64,000 bases of DNA from Lama glama (Eukaryota): assembly GCA_028534125.1 (NCBI GenBank), contig CM052831.1:17360001-17424000 (forward strand), given 5' to 3'. A program made the translations under genes and the position numbers. Positions 12,960-24,438 of the stretch are shown here, piece after piece. The notes under the pieces are model-generated. The model searched no databases. It was not told the DNA's origin and saw only the letters and a program-made list of their open reading frames with translations. Within the stretch, counting starts at the first letter, position 1. Each line of letters begins with the position of its first letter.

Positions 12960-13490
12960 TTTTGTTCATTTAATAAATACTAGGCACTAGGAAAACAGCA
13001 GTGAAAAAAAAAAAATCCCTGCCACCTCCCCCCCTCCAGCAATGAAACTTACATTCTAACTGGGAACACAAAACCACCAAGAGATGAACAGAAAATTGTA
13101 ACTCCTGACAGTGCTAAGTGTCATAACAAAAATAACACAGGGAAGAGCGACAGAGGCCGATGGGAAGGTGGGGTGCGCTTTAGATGCAGGGGTCAAGGAA
13201 GCCTCCCAGAGGAGGCGATATTCCAACAATGAACCAAATCAAGAAAGGGGCTGGGAGGGGCTTTTATGCAACTGTAACAGTGGGAGGAAGCAAGCCTGCG
13301 GAGTCACTGTCACAGCCAGCGGGCAGGGTGGGCAAGGGGGCCCGCCCAAGCCTTGTCCTGGGGGAAAGACGGGAGCCAGATCACGTGGGGCCTTGCAGGC
13401 CAAGATTCACAGCCAAAGCTTTACCCTCGGAAGCCATGGGCGGGGAAGTGAGGGCGAACCAAGGGAAGTGATGATGTGATCACTCGGGTT
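12960..13490 (-). mobile_element. L2 LINE 3' fragment
   Basis: ttcatttaataaatactaggcactagg...aaacttacattctaactggg...ggtcaaggaagcctcccagaggagg. Confidence 0.65.
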
Positions 13491-14296
13491 CTTTGTGCAA
13501 TAAATGTTCGGAGGTAATGAACTCAATTACATGCTTGTGTAATGACTCAGTGTGTGACCCTGGGTATGTCACTGTACCTTTCCAGGCCAATATCGAACAT
13601 ACCTGAACTGCCTCCCAGATTTTTCTAAGGAATTAGCAGAGGATATACTTTGAAAGCTCTTTGCAATCTGAAATTTGCTGCTAAATGTACGGCAAAATGA
13701 TCATTAGCCTTGCTGAGTCTTGCCCCACCTCCTAAAACAGAAGTAATTTCTTTCTCTACAAACACAGAGCACTTTATCTGTCTACCTCTTTTAACACTTC
13801 TTTCTTTCTATCCAGTATTACGAGCATTATCTATGTATCTTATCACTTCCTCTAGACTTTTGACTGTTGACTCAAATCTCACTTCTGCAGAACAGGTAAC
13901 TCCCTATTACTGACTCCTGCTGCCCCCACTCCAGACTACAATCAGAGCACCTGTGTCATTTTATTGCAATTGATTATGTACGTGTCCATCTTTGTCACCA
14001 TGTTATGATTTGTTAAAAGAAGATTCCATTTCCACCAGTGCCTACATCGTTGAAAAACCCAGAGGAAGCTCTTGTTTGCAATTTCTCTTTTCTCTACTAA
14101 CCCAGAGGCTTCTCAACATTTGAGCGAAACAAAGACTCCTACAGTATTCAAACTATTTACAAAAATAAAAGCCTTAAAAACTTCGCCCACATGTATTTGC
14201 ACATAACAAATGTAATCTTCAGAAAATAAAATATTCATTTAACAAACCTCAGAGGATCAGGACTCAGCTAGTCATCGATTTATTTATTTCATTCTT

Positions 14297-14369
14297 TTTT
14301 TTTAAACATTTTTTATTGATTTATAATCATTTTACAATGTTGTGTCAAATTCCAGTGTTCAGCACAATT
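14297..14369 (-). mobile_element. Young, extremely 5'-truncated camelid L1 3' tip with TSD
   Basis: polyT followed by ttttattgatttataatcattttacaatgttgtgtcaaattccagtgttcagcacaa; perfect TSD tttcattctt at 14287-14296 and 14370-14379. Confidence 0.85.
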
Positions 14370-14512
14370 TTTCATTCTTATCCTCCTTTTTACTGGACAA
14401 TTTCAAGTTAGCACAACTACAACCATCAGTTTGATTCCTCAATTCCAGTAAGTTTCTGCTCCCAAATCATCTCAAAAAGCTGAATTCCAGTGAATCTTAA
14501 AAGATATATTTC

Positions 14513-14863
14513 CTTTTTTTATTGAAGTGTATTTGATGTATAATATCGTGTGACTTAAAGGTGTAGAACATGTTAATTTGTTACGCTTATATATTGCAGT
14601 ATGGTTGCCATTGTAGCATTAATTAGCACCTCTATCACATTACATAATTAGCTTTTCTTTAGTAGTTGGAATAATTAAGTTCTAGTATCTTAGTAAATCT
14701 GTTGATTATAAAAAATATATATATTGTCTAGTTACCATGCAAAGCATTAGATCTCTAGGGCTTATTTATTACTTGTTGCAAGTTTGTATCCTTAAACATC
14801 TGTCCTATCCTCCAGCCCTATCCCCTGTAAACCACCATTTTACTCTGTTTTTACGATTTGGGC
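14513..14863 (-). mobile_element. L1/HAL1-like 3' end, left part of a split element
   Basis: ttttttattgaagtgtatttgatgtataatat...cattagatctctagggcttatt...accaccattttactctgttt; left TSD aaagatatatttc at 14500-14512. Confidence 0.8.
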
Positions 14864-15409
14864 TTTTTTTTTACTTACTTTTTAAAATAATACAGAATGT
14901 GAAATTCTTTTATTGAAGGACACCCAGTTGATTACATTGACTTCAGTGTTGGCCCAGACTATTTTAAACCTAATGGTTTCCATAAAATGCTTAAAATCCA
15001 AGTCTAATTCCTGTTGTGTGATATCCACACCACCAGATTAATGGAAACTAAAGTCAGCCTTTGTATTTTTGCTAAATGCATCAAAGTACCAACACAGACA
15101 CAAAGCAGAGGACACAGAAATCTGAAGTTCCTTTCTTTCTTTCAGAGTTCAAAGTCTGCCTTTCTACTTTTTACTCTCAGTTTGAAATAACTGGTTAGGA
15201 AGACTGGAGAGAAAGGCAAAGCCTTAAGTCTATGTCCTTAATCTCTTCTGATAATCTGTCTCTGTGTGTGTGTGAGAAAATCAGTTTCACACCTGATGGC
15301 TACTGGTTCATCACTTTCATACTGCAGACATCTACACAACTTGTTCTGAGGAGTAACCATCAGTCTAGAGTCAGGGGCTCATCTCATGTTTTTGTGTCGG
15401 CTGACAGAT

Positions 15410-15590
15410 GAGTGGTTCTCAAATTGTGGCCCAGGCCAGCAGTAGGGACCTCAACAGTGATCTTGTTAGAAATACAAATTCACGGGCTCCATCCCAGACC
15501 TACTGAGTCAGAGCCTGGGAGGGGCAAGGTCAGCAATCGGTTTGAGAGTCCCGGTTGACTCTGGTGGGTGTTGGCCTTTGAGAACCACTG
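15410..15590 (+). mobile_element. MER5A hAT-Charlie DNA transposon
   Basis: TIRs agtggttctcaaa...tttgagaaccactg; internal cttgttagaaatacaaatt...ccagacctactgagtcaga. Confidence 0.9.
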
Positions 15591-15621
15591 TGCTGTGCAG
15601 ATTAAAAAAAACAGCCTCTCA

Positions 15622-16540
15622 TTAAAAAGAACGAAATAATGCCATTTGCTAGAGATTATCATACTAAGTCAGAGAAAGACCAATGCTATATATCACTTAC
15701 ATGTGGAATCTTAAGTAAAAAAAAAGAAGATACACGTGAATTTATTTACACAACAGACTCACAGACGTAGAAAACAAATTTGTGGTTACCAAAGGGGAAA
15801 GCCGGGGGGGGGGGGTGTCGACTGAAATAAATGCACAGCCTAAAACTTGAGAGTTGTTTTATTTGGCGAGAGGACTTGAGCTGGGATGACAGCCTCTCAG
15901 ATCGCTCTGAGGAACTGCTCCAAAGAGGTAGGGGGGGAGCTAGGATATATAGGAGCTTTACAACAAAGACCAGGTAGTTGGAACAATAAAAGATTACTTG
16001 TTATCTTAAGAAAACCAGGCATCTCAAGTTAAAGAACTTAGTGCTTTTCTATGTAAGGCAGGAAGCAAACGTTTGGGCTCATTGAATTCATTCCTTTGAC
16101 AAACACCTAGCTATCTAGGGCCAGTATCCTGTCCTTTATTATTCTGAGTCCCCTCAGAGTGCACCGTTGTGAGTGGCTGCAGAGGCTGGGCTGCAGGCTT
16201 GTCTTCACTGGGGGGCGGCAGCAGCTGCTGCTGACTTGGTTTTAGCATTCTGTGTTTAGTGATATGGTTTGCAGTATTTTTCGTTCACAGAGGGGAGTGG
16301 TGGAGAGGGATAAATTAGGACTTTGCGATTAGCAGATACAAATTACTACTATATATAAAATAGACAAACAACAAGGTCTTATTGTATAACACAGGGAACT
16401 ATATTCAATCTCATTATAAACTATAATGGAAAAGAATCTGAATATATATACATATAAAACCTGAAAAACTTAGCTATACACCAGAAACTAACACAACATT
16501 GTAAATCAACTATAATTTAAAAAAAATAAAACAACTAAGA
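15622..16540 (+). mobile_element. Cetartiodactyl L1 3' end interrupted by a solo LTR
   Basis: aaaaagaacgaaataatgccatttgc...acagactcacagacgtagaaaacaaatttgtggttaccaaagggg, resuming at gggataaattagga...acacaacattgtaaatcaactata; degenerate TSD ending in gcctctca (to 15621 and to 16558). Confidence 0.85.
15816..16289 (-). mobile_element. ERV1-class solo LTR, MER41-related cetartiodactyl family
   Basis: 474 bp with TG...CA ends; gacagcctctcagatcgctctgaggaactgctccaaagaggtag...ggatatataggag resembles the ruminant MER41-like LTR; 4-bp flanks gggg / gagg. Confidence 0.75.
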
Positions 16541-16969
16541 TTTAAAAAAGGCCTCTCACACTCCATAGACCTTACAGACTTTCAGGAAAGTAACTATGAA
16601 AACACTCATGTTGCAGTGAAACCATGTGCAAGGCACAAGGGTCATATATGAGGGGGGAAGAGAACCTATTTTTCTCCAGAGATCAGAAGAGGTTCCACAG
16701 ATGCTGCTATGTTTCAATGAAAACTTGAGAGAGTAAGAATTTTCCTTAAAAAATTTTAAAAAGTGAAACAGGCATTCTAGGTAAAGAAAGCCATAATCAG
16801 AAGATCTGAATCTAGACTGTAATCAGGCTGCGATTTTTGTGGTGGTTGATGTGTTAAATCCATAGAATCCTTGATCTGGTTTTCCACCCAAGGAGTTCAT
16901 GGTTAAGTCCTTATCCAGTCTGAAGGAAAGGGAATATCTAGGAAGCAAAGCAAGGAAGCCAGACTCCAT

Positions 16970-17165
16970 CGGAGAGCAGTCTCATACAGTGGTTAAAGAT
17001 TTGAGTCAGAGAGGAAACTGGCGCAAATGTTAACTTTTGTGTCCTTGGTTCTTAACATCTGGGTATAATTAATACATTTGTATCCACAGACAAGTTGTTT
17101 CATTTCTATGATTCAAGTTTCTTACATGTAAGTGGAGATAACAGTACCTACACCACAGGACTTTT
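16970..17165 (+). mobile_element. MIR SINE (inside the nested insert)
   Basis: cagtggttaaag...gacaagttgtttcatttctatgattcaagtttcttacatgtaagtggagataacagtacctacaccacagg. Confidence 0.7.
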
Positions 17166-17209
17166 GCTTTGGGGGGACAATAACTGAGATTAAAAAAAAA
17201 AATCCAGTT

Positions 17210-17336
17210 CTTTAAGATTCCACATATAAGTGATATCACATAGTACTTGTCTTTCTGCCTGACGTACCTCACTTAGCATAATTACTCAACGTCTCTCCAT
17301 GATGTCACGAGTGGCAGAATGTCCTTCTCGCTCATT
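17210..17336 (-). mobile_element. L1/HAL1-like 3' UTR, right part of the split element
   Basis: tttaagattccacatataagtgatatcacatagtacttgtctttct...ctcacttagcataat continues the consensus from where 14513-14863 stops; right TSD aaagatacatttc at 17337-17349. Confidence 0.8.
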
Positions 17337-18414
17337 AAAGATACATTTCTAAGTAGCTGACAGTTACTAGAGCACTTTGGGGAAGGTACACGAATGTTTC
17401 TTTCTACTCTCGTTGTCGAAGGAACTTGATGTGACAAATATTTTGAACCATGCTCGGCCACAAACGCACTGCAGAGAATGTCAACTGAACTGGAAAATTC
17501 CTTCAGCTGAACTGATCTTTAAAAAGATCCCCCAAAGAACTCTCCAAAAAAAAAAAGAAAAAAAGCCAGTAACTTGTTTTTCTGATTGGGGGTAGATGAC
17601 AAGACAGAACATCTTTGACTTGTAAAAAAGTCACTATTAACAGGAAAGCACAGAAAGCTAAAGTCTTACAGTTTATTACCTAAAACACCAAAGAAAACTT
17701 AAATGTTTCATTTCCCTGTGGCTTTTTAATCATATAGGAAGGTGGATTGCCAGAGCAGTGGAATCTGTTCATCTTAAATGCGTTAGCTCAAGTCAACTAT
17801 TCCAGAATGAAGAGCATGACAACCTCTTTACCTAAATGAATACTTATCTCATAATCTTCTCCAGCCAACAACTCCATCAAAAGGATCCGGAATAAGGTCC
17901 AGGAAGCAAGTCTACCAGCATTTTATTTCCTACCAATAAGATCATCCATTTAAAGCACACATCCAGCCGACAAATTCCTACGGGCTCTGTGGCCAAGAAA
18001 CAGTCCTTAAGTGCCTGTCTCAGTCAGCAGCCCATGCTTGGCATCTTCGGGCACAGTACCGCAGCCTGAGTAACTTCTCCAATTCGATGATTTACTGTCC
18101 ATTACTTGAAATTGCTATTCTCCATCCACCTTCTTACTATTTTCAAACATTCTGCTCCAACACCAGACTTCATTCCTGGCACAGTGCTCCTCATCGGCCT
18201 GACAGAAGAGGTCTTGAAGGGAAAAGCTGAAGACGGACGGGCATGCTCACAACACTGGTTTAAACTGGAAAGCCTCCAGATCAACTGGAATCCATCTATT
18301 ACACTTTAGAGGCTCCCCATACCTTCAAAAGAATCTCCAATAAACCTTCACCCTTTTTACCTTCTTTTTACCAGAGACCACAAAAATATTGCAAGCTATA
18401 AGAAGATCCTGTTT

Positions 18415-18696
18415 GACTTGCAGACATAGTAAACAATCTTATGGTTACTTGGGGGAGGAAAGGGAGTGGGAAAGGATAAATTTGGGAGTCTGAGATTTGC
18501 AAATGTTAGCCATTATATATAAAAATAGATTAAAAATACAAATTGATTCTGTATAGCACAGGGAACTATATTCAATATCTAGTAGTAACTTTTAATGAAA
18601 AAGAGTATGAAAAATATGTGTATATATGCATGACTGGGGCATTGTGCTGTACACCAGAAATTGACATTGTAACAGACTGTACTTAAAAAAAAAAAT
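18415..18696 (+). mobile_element. Camelid L1 3' end
   Basis: cagacatagtaaacaatcttatggttac...ctgtatagcacagggaactatattcaatatct...tgtgctgtacaccagaaattgac followed by an A tail. Confidence 0.9.
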
Positions 18697-19189
18697 CAGG
18701 ACATGAAAATCAAAACCTAAGACATTAATAAACGCTAAAACAGGGGGGAAGAAAAAGAAGATACTGCTTTCCCGTCGATGCATGGGGCTTGTAGTAAACA
18801 GCTGTGCTCACCAAGGTCTCTCTGTATTACATCATGGAGACCTCTTCAACTCTGTGGTTAAGACAGAGCAGCAGTGCAGACAAGGAGCGAGATAAGCCAT
18901 GTCACAGCATCAAGCTCTCAGTGTCTGTCTGTCCTTCCTGTGTTCCTGTTCTATCCAGAACATATCTGAGTTATACATACAATTTAGGTCATTCTGAAAT
19001 CCGTGCAGGTACCTAAAGTGAACTGCTTGAAGGCATAGATGCCTGGCTCCCAAGGTCCCCTCCTCCCTGCTCCTCAGAGTCCCAGATGGAATCAGTAAGA
19101 AGCAACATCATAGGGGGAAACAGATGGCTGAGGTTTCATTGAAAAACTGCCCTCATTACCTACACCCTGGAGAACGTATATGTGTGCTG

Positions 19190-19400
19190 GGTATAAGCCC
19201 GACTCTGCACAGACCTGGGTGCGTTGACCAACCAAGATGCTCAGGAGCCATGAGAACTGATCAGGCACCTCAAATCATCTAGCTTCCTTTCCTTCCTTGT
19301 GAAATGGTAGAGATTCTTACCTTGCATGATTTGGGATGGGAAAAAAATGAGAAACTGCTTTGTGCAGTACCCGGCATAGGGTCAGAGCAAATAAACAGGT
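19190..19400 (+). mobile_element. MIR SINE (decayed)
   Basis: cagacctgggtgcg...ccttccttgtgaaatggtagag...tgtgcagtacccggcatag. Confidence 0.5.
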
Positions 19401-20409
19401 GGCTCTCCGCTCTCAGCCCCATTCCAGCTCTAAACTGCTTCAAGTTAATCACACCTTTTTCCCCAGACCCAAATAACTGACCACCACCATCGGCATTACG
19501 TCATTAGAAGTTGATAGAGCTATGTTGCCAGAAAAAGAGAACGGTAACAAAGACAAGAGAATGGGGGGGGACGGGAATAAAAGGTTCACGTTAGACAGAA
19601 GAGCCAAAAATATACAATTTTGCCTGGCCTTGTTCCCCAGTGCCTCGCCCAGAGCTGAATATATAGCGGACACTCAAAAAGCAAAACAAACAAACAAACA
19701 AAAACACCTTATGGCATGGAAGAAAATGCAAAAATGGAAGTAATGGCTCAGTGATGAGACTGGGGATAAATCTGTCCATAAATCCTGGTTTATCTCAACT
19801 ACCTCAACTTGAGGTCTAAGGTATGACCCAAAAAAACCTTGGCAAAGTTCCACTGTAGCTGTTGTTCTCTTCACACAGGAATGTTGGCCCAAAGGGCAGA
19901 GAGATTTTTCCTTTTGGCTCAGTTTACAATGAGGCTGCAAATCATTAAGCCGCACCCCGTTTGACCTTAGTAAACCCAGGACGCAAGAGAACAGATTTAT
20001 TCATTTCCCCCAAGTTCTCCCATTTGATTCTTTCATATTTTAAACTTCTTTTAATGACTTTCTACTGCATTCAGCAAATAAGGAATCCTCCCATTGATAA
20101 TTAAACACCTGCTAATTCCTACCAAGGCATTCTTAAAAAAAAAAAAGCGAAGAGTCTGATGAATAAAACATCCCTGTTATTCCACAGGGCTGAGTTCAAA
20201 TGAAGGAAAATGGGTCATTAAGTAAAACCTGTCAATTCTTGGAGCCTTGGTGACTATAGTTAGTGACCACATTTTTATTTAGATTGCTTTGAGGAGAAAG
20301 GTTATATATTAAAATATTTATTACCCCAGGAATACTTAAAAAAGAAGTAGGTCTTGTAAAGTCAGCAGCCATCATGAAGAGGAGAATGGGTAGGAGGTCA
20401 TTCTTATGT

Positions 20410-21040
20410 TTCAGTTTTCTGTTCTGAAAATTTCAGTCATTCAGAGCTGGAAGAGTTCCCTACATACCTGTCTCCTACCCTCAACAATGATCATATACGG
20501 AAAGATCTTACTTCTTTTTACCCCAACCCACTCCCTGTTCCAAGTGGACTAACCTGAAGCAAATCCCAGACATAATTTCCCCTATAACTAACTCAAAATC
20601 TATCACTAAAAGATGAGGACTCTCGTAAAAATAGAATTCCAACAAGACTCTCTTGTCTATATCTTAAAAAATAACAATAATCAGTCAGATAATATCTAAT
20701 CCAAATGTCCCCATCTCAAACAACAACAAAAAAAAACAGTAACATTGGTTTGATCAAATCAGGATCCAAAGCCTATGTGCTGCATTTGGTTCACATCTCT
20801 TTAATGTCTTTTAATCCAAAGTCTCTGCTCCTCCCCTTTAAACTGCTCGATATGTTGGCTGAAGAAAGGGGGTCACTGGAAGTATAAAAGTCCCCTCATT
20901 CTGGGCTTTGCTGACTGGGTGCCAGGCGTGTCCTTTTACGTTACACTCCATCCCCAGCATTTGATGGAGAGACTTGATCTGATTCCACTTACTATTCTTT
21001 TTTCCAAGGATACATCACAGGTGGTGAGATGCGCCGTGTA
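20410..21040 (-). mobile_element. Old L1 3' region fragment (L1MC5-like)
   Basis: tgaaaatttcagtcat...tgaagcaaatcccagacat...tcaaatcaggatccaaag...tgcatttggttcacatctctttaatgtcttttaatc. Confidence 0.6.
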
Positions 21041-22506
21041 CATTAAACCGAATGGCAATTTAATGATTCGTGAACCCAACCACCGGGCGCCCACAAGCCT
21101 GTACTCCTGACATGGCTGGGACAGAACTCAGCATCGAGCAGCAGGACACACCAGCTGCAGAGGGGTGATCCTCCTTCCCTGGATGAGCTCCTCTCTCTCA
21201 GAAGGTTAACAACTGGGTGGGTGGGTGCAGAGAACTAACCCCTGTATCATCCTCTTTCTGCTCATGTGTAAACCATCCCAACTCCTTGACACACATCGAT
21301 TTTGAACAGTAACTAACAATCAGTGAAGAAAACCACGCACAGGTCACCTACCCGTTCTGTAATACGCCAATATGGAAAATGTGACCCCTTATGTCATGTC
21401 TTATGTTAAATGAAAAATGGAATTCAGGTTTCAAAAATCCCTTTTTAACAGCATACCCAGCAGGCAAATACAGATTTTCAAGAAATAAGTAATTTCAACT
21501 ATCGATGGTAAGGAAGGGAGGAAAAAACAGCCTTTCTTTTTTTGCTGCTGTCAGGATGGACAATTAGAGCGCGGAAAAATGCATTTTTAGTTTTTAAAAA
21601 AAAGCTTTAGTGGGAAACAGGCCACCATAAAAGTTATTCATCTACAAAGCAGCAAGGGATGTCATCAATTTTACCTTACACTCGAATCCCATCCTTGAAT
21701 CCTATTCACCTGTATTTCAATTATGCTTTTTATTCGAAGACAAGCCCTTCCAAACACATAATGTCACCTAAAAATGATCTTCAGGAAAAAAAAAAACAAA
21801 ACCCTGTCGGGACAGGAAAGTTATTTATTTAATGCACAAAGTACTGTGCTTCACACCAGAGGTAATCATCTCAATGTTTGAAATATTTGCAAAGAAAAAG
21901 ACAGAAGCTGTAAGAACACTGGGTTAACATTTTTTTCAGATTTAAATAGAGTTGAAGAAATTCTCCAATGGTGGAAACTTGAGCACTTTTAAATGTTTAT
22001 GCTCAGAATAGGATTTAAACAAGTCCCCCTACTTAACTACCTTGGAGGCTGAAACGTTTAGGGACATTGTTATAGATGCTGTAGCCTGGGGGCAGCATGG
22101 CTTGGGTGCACAACAGAATGACACTCCCAGGCATCGTTGTCCCAGGAATTCACCAAGAGCACCCAAAGGCCCGTGGGTATGACTGTGACCACATAAATAT
22201 TTTATTCTAAAGAATTCTGGAGACTGTGGACTAACACACAGGAGACTCTTGTTATTTCTCAGTAATGGGCTTGAAACCTACCTAAGACCTGGCAATCACT
22301 GCCCTAAAACTACAGCAAATGCACAAGCCCTCACTGATTCCAGAATCTAGAAATCTAAGTTAAAAGTCCTTTGCAAAAAAAGAGGACCCTTGGGAGGGAG
22401 GCAACTTTTTAGAAAGAATATTTGATTTTTTTGTAAAGAGTTTTTTGTAATCTGAAAAAGGATGAGAGACTAAAACGTCACTCAGCATCTGTTACATATG
22501 TACTCT

Positions 22507-22915
22507 GATAGGTTGCATTGTATCCTCCGGAATGATACACTGGAGTCCTAATCCATCCCAAGTACCTCAAGTAATATTTGGAGGTAGCGTCTTTAGAGAG
22601 GGAATAAAGTTACAATAAAGTCATTAGGGTAGAACCTAATCCAGTATGACTGGTGTCCTTATAAAAATGGGATATCTGGATGCAGACATGTGCAGAAGGA
22701 AGACAATGCAAAGACACAGAGAGAAGACAGCCATCTACAAGTCAAGGAGAGAGACCTAGCACAGATCCTTCCTTCAAAACCCCTAGAAGGAACCAACCCA
22801 GCCCACATCTTGATCTAGGTCTTCTGGCCTCCAGAACTGTGAGACAGTACACTTCCCCTGTTTGAGCCACCCAGTTTGTGCTACTTTGTTACGGCAATCT
22901 TGGGGAACTAATACA
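22507..22915 (+). mobile_element. MaLR LTR (MLT1B-like), near full length
   Basis: cctaatccagtatgactggtgtccttataa...gacagccatctacaagtcaaggagagag...ttctggcctccagaactgtgagac...aactaataca. Confidence 0.9.
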
Positions 22916-22989
22916 TGTACCTACGTGTCATATCATATAATATGTGACAACGGTAACAGTAATTTCAAAACCAAAGTAGCAGCTGCCAG

Positions 22990-23640
22990 CCACGATGGCA
23001 CATGTACTTTGCACACACTGTCATTAAATCCTTAGAATGACCCCACAGCGTAAATTCTATCATCCTTATATTGCAGACAGGGATCTGAGGTTTGATATCA
23101 GGAACTGTATTCTGATGCTACTATCAGAGACCCATCACAGGGGCTTCAATACATAAGCGCTGATTTATTTCATATAACAAGAACTCTCGAGGTAAATGGT
23201 ACAGGTTGAAATGCAGCAGCTAAAAGATGCCTGTCTCTGCAATTCCCTTGGCCTTTCCCTCATGGTCTCAAAATGGCTGCTGTGACTCCAAGTTATCACA
23301 TCTGTATTTCACATCTAAAATGCAAAATATGAAATATCAAAAAGAGCACACCTTCCAATGGAATGAATCCCCTCAGAACAGCTTTCCTGGAAACCCGAAA
23401 GAACAATTTCTGCCTGTAACTCATCAACCATTCCTATTCACATCAGAAGTAGGAAATGCAGGGGGGTTTGTTAGGTTCATAGCCATTCCCAAAAATGCAA
23501 GGATTCAGTTAGAAGAAAGGAGAATGGATCCTCATTAAGCAAATCTATCAGAGGCCCAAAGAGTTGAGAAACTTGCCCAAGGTCACAGCTGTTAAGTGGG
23601 AAAGTCAGGATTCATATCCAAATCTCACCTTAATCCTCAA
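22990..23640 (-). mobile_element. MIR split by an old MLT1-like LTR fragment (about 23100-23540)
   Basis: MIR halves ttgcagacagggatctgagg and aacttgcccaaggtcacagctgttaagtgg flank ctcatggtctcaaaatggctgctgtgactcca. Confidence 0.55.
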
Positions 23641-24211
23641 CCCTTAGGTGGAACCGCCTTGCTATAGTGTACCCTCAGCAAACCGAAAGCCTTACCAAGG
23701 GGCAGTCCTAACAGAAAAAGAGTTGGAGAGGGTTTGGCCTCCCAGAAGCTGCTCCTCAGCTCAGCTGTCTCTCCTTTTGGGTTTCTGAGCAAAGTGAGAA
23801 CCTCCGAGTATCCAAGAAAGCACTTTTTGTATAAATACTAGAAGATGCATTTGGTGCTTGGCAATAAAATTTGGGAATAGACATACCCTGCCTGCTACTA
23901 ATCCCTTAGGTGTTTGTTTACTCAGGTGATAGTTATAATCCTCAAACAGGTGAAGCCTTTCACAGGTACTCCTTTACTTGGCTTCTACGAACAGCAAGCA
24001 ACTGGAAGTTTTCTTCACATCTTCTTTAATTGCTCTTTTCCAATTATAGAGAGCCTGTATTTATTGCTCTTCCCTGCCAATACTTCTATCTCTGCTAACT
24101 GAAAGAGATTTTCTTTCTCAATGTTAGGTGACATCACTCAGGAACCAAATTCTCTAGCCTGACGCAGGATGCAAAGGTAACCAAAAATAACCTGAGCATC
24201 ATCCACAGCTG

Positions 24212-24227
24212 TAGCGCCCCCTGAACA
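24212..24227 (-). promoter_or_regulatory. Candidate CTCF motif
   Basis: Minus strand TGTTCAGGGGGCGCTA matches the 3' part of the CCASYAGRKGGCRSY core. Confidence 0.4.
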
Positions 24228-24346
24228 AGTCACCCACTCATCCGGGCTTCCAGGAGGGACTCGGAGCTCCTTCCTGCTCCAACATCTGGGAATCCACTGC
24301 ATGACTGAAGCCATGGAGTAGATAATGTTAAGATAAAGATATCTCC

Positions 24347-24438
24347 TGGGAGAGGGGGCTCAGTGGTAGACCGCGTGCTTAGCGTGCATAAGGTCCTATG
24401 TTCAATCCCCAGTACCTCCATTAAGGGGAGGGAGAAAA
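24347..24438 (+). mobile_element. Camelid tRNA-derived SINE (Vic-1-like)
   Basis: gctcagtggtagaccgcgtgcttagcgtgcataaggtcctatgttcaatccccagtacctcca (A and B boxes); TSD agataaagatatctc (24331-24345) / agagaaagacatctc (24439-24453). Confidence 0.92.

Noticed and set aside
24347-24438. tRNA-like A and B boxes
   Set aside because: It has a TSD and a purine tail and there are two more copies in the window, so it is a SINE rather than a tRNA gene.
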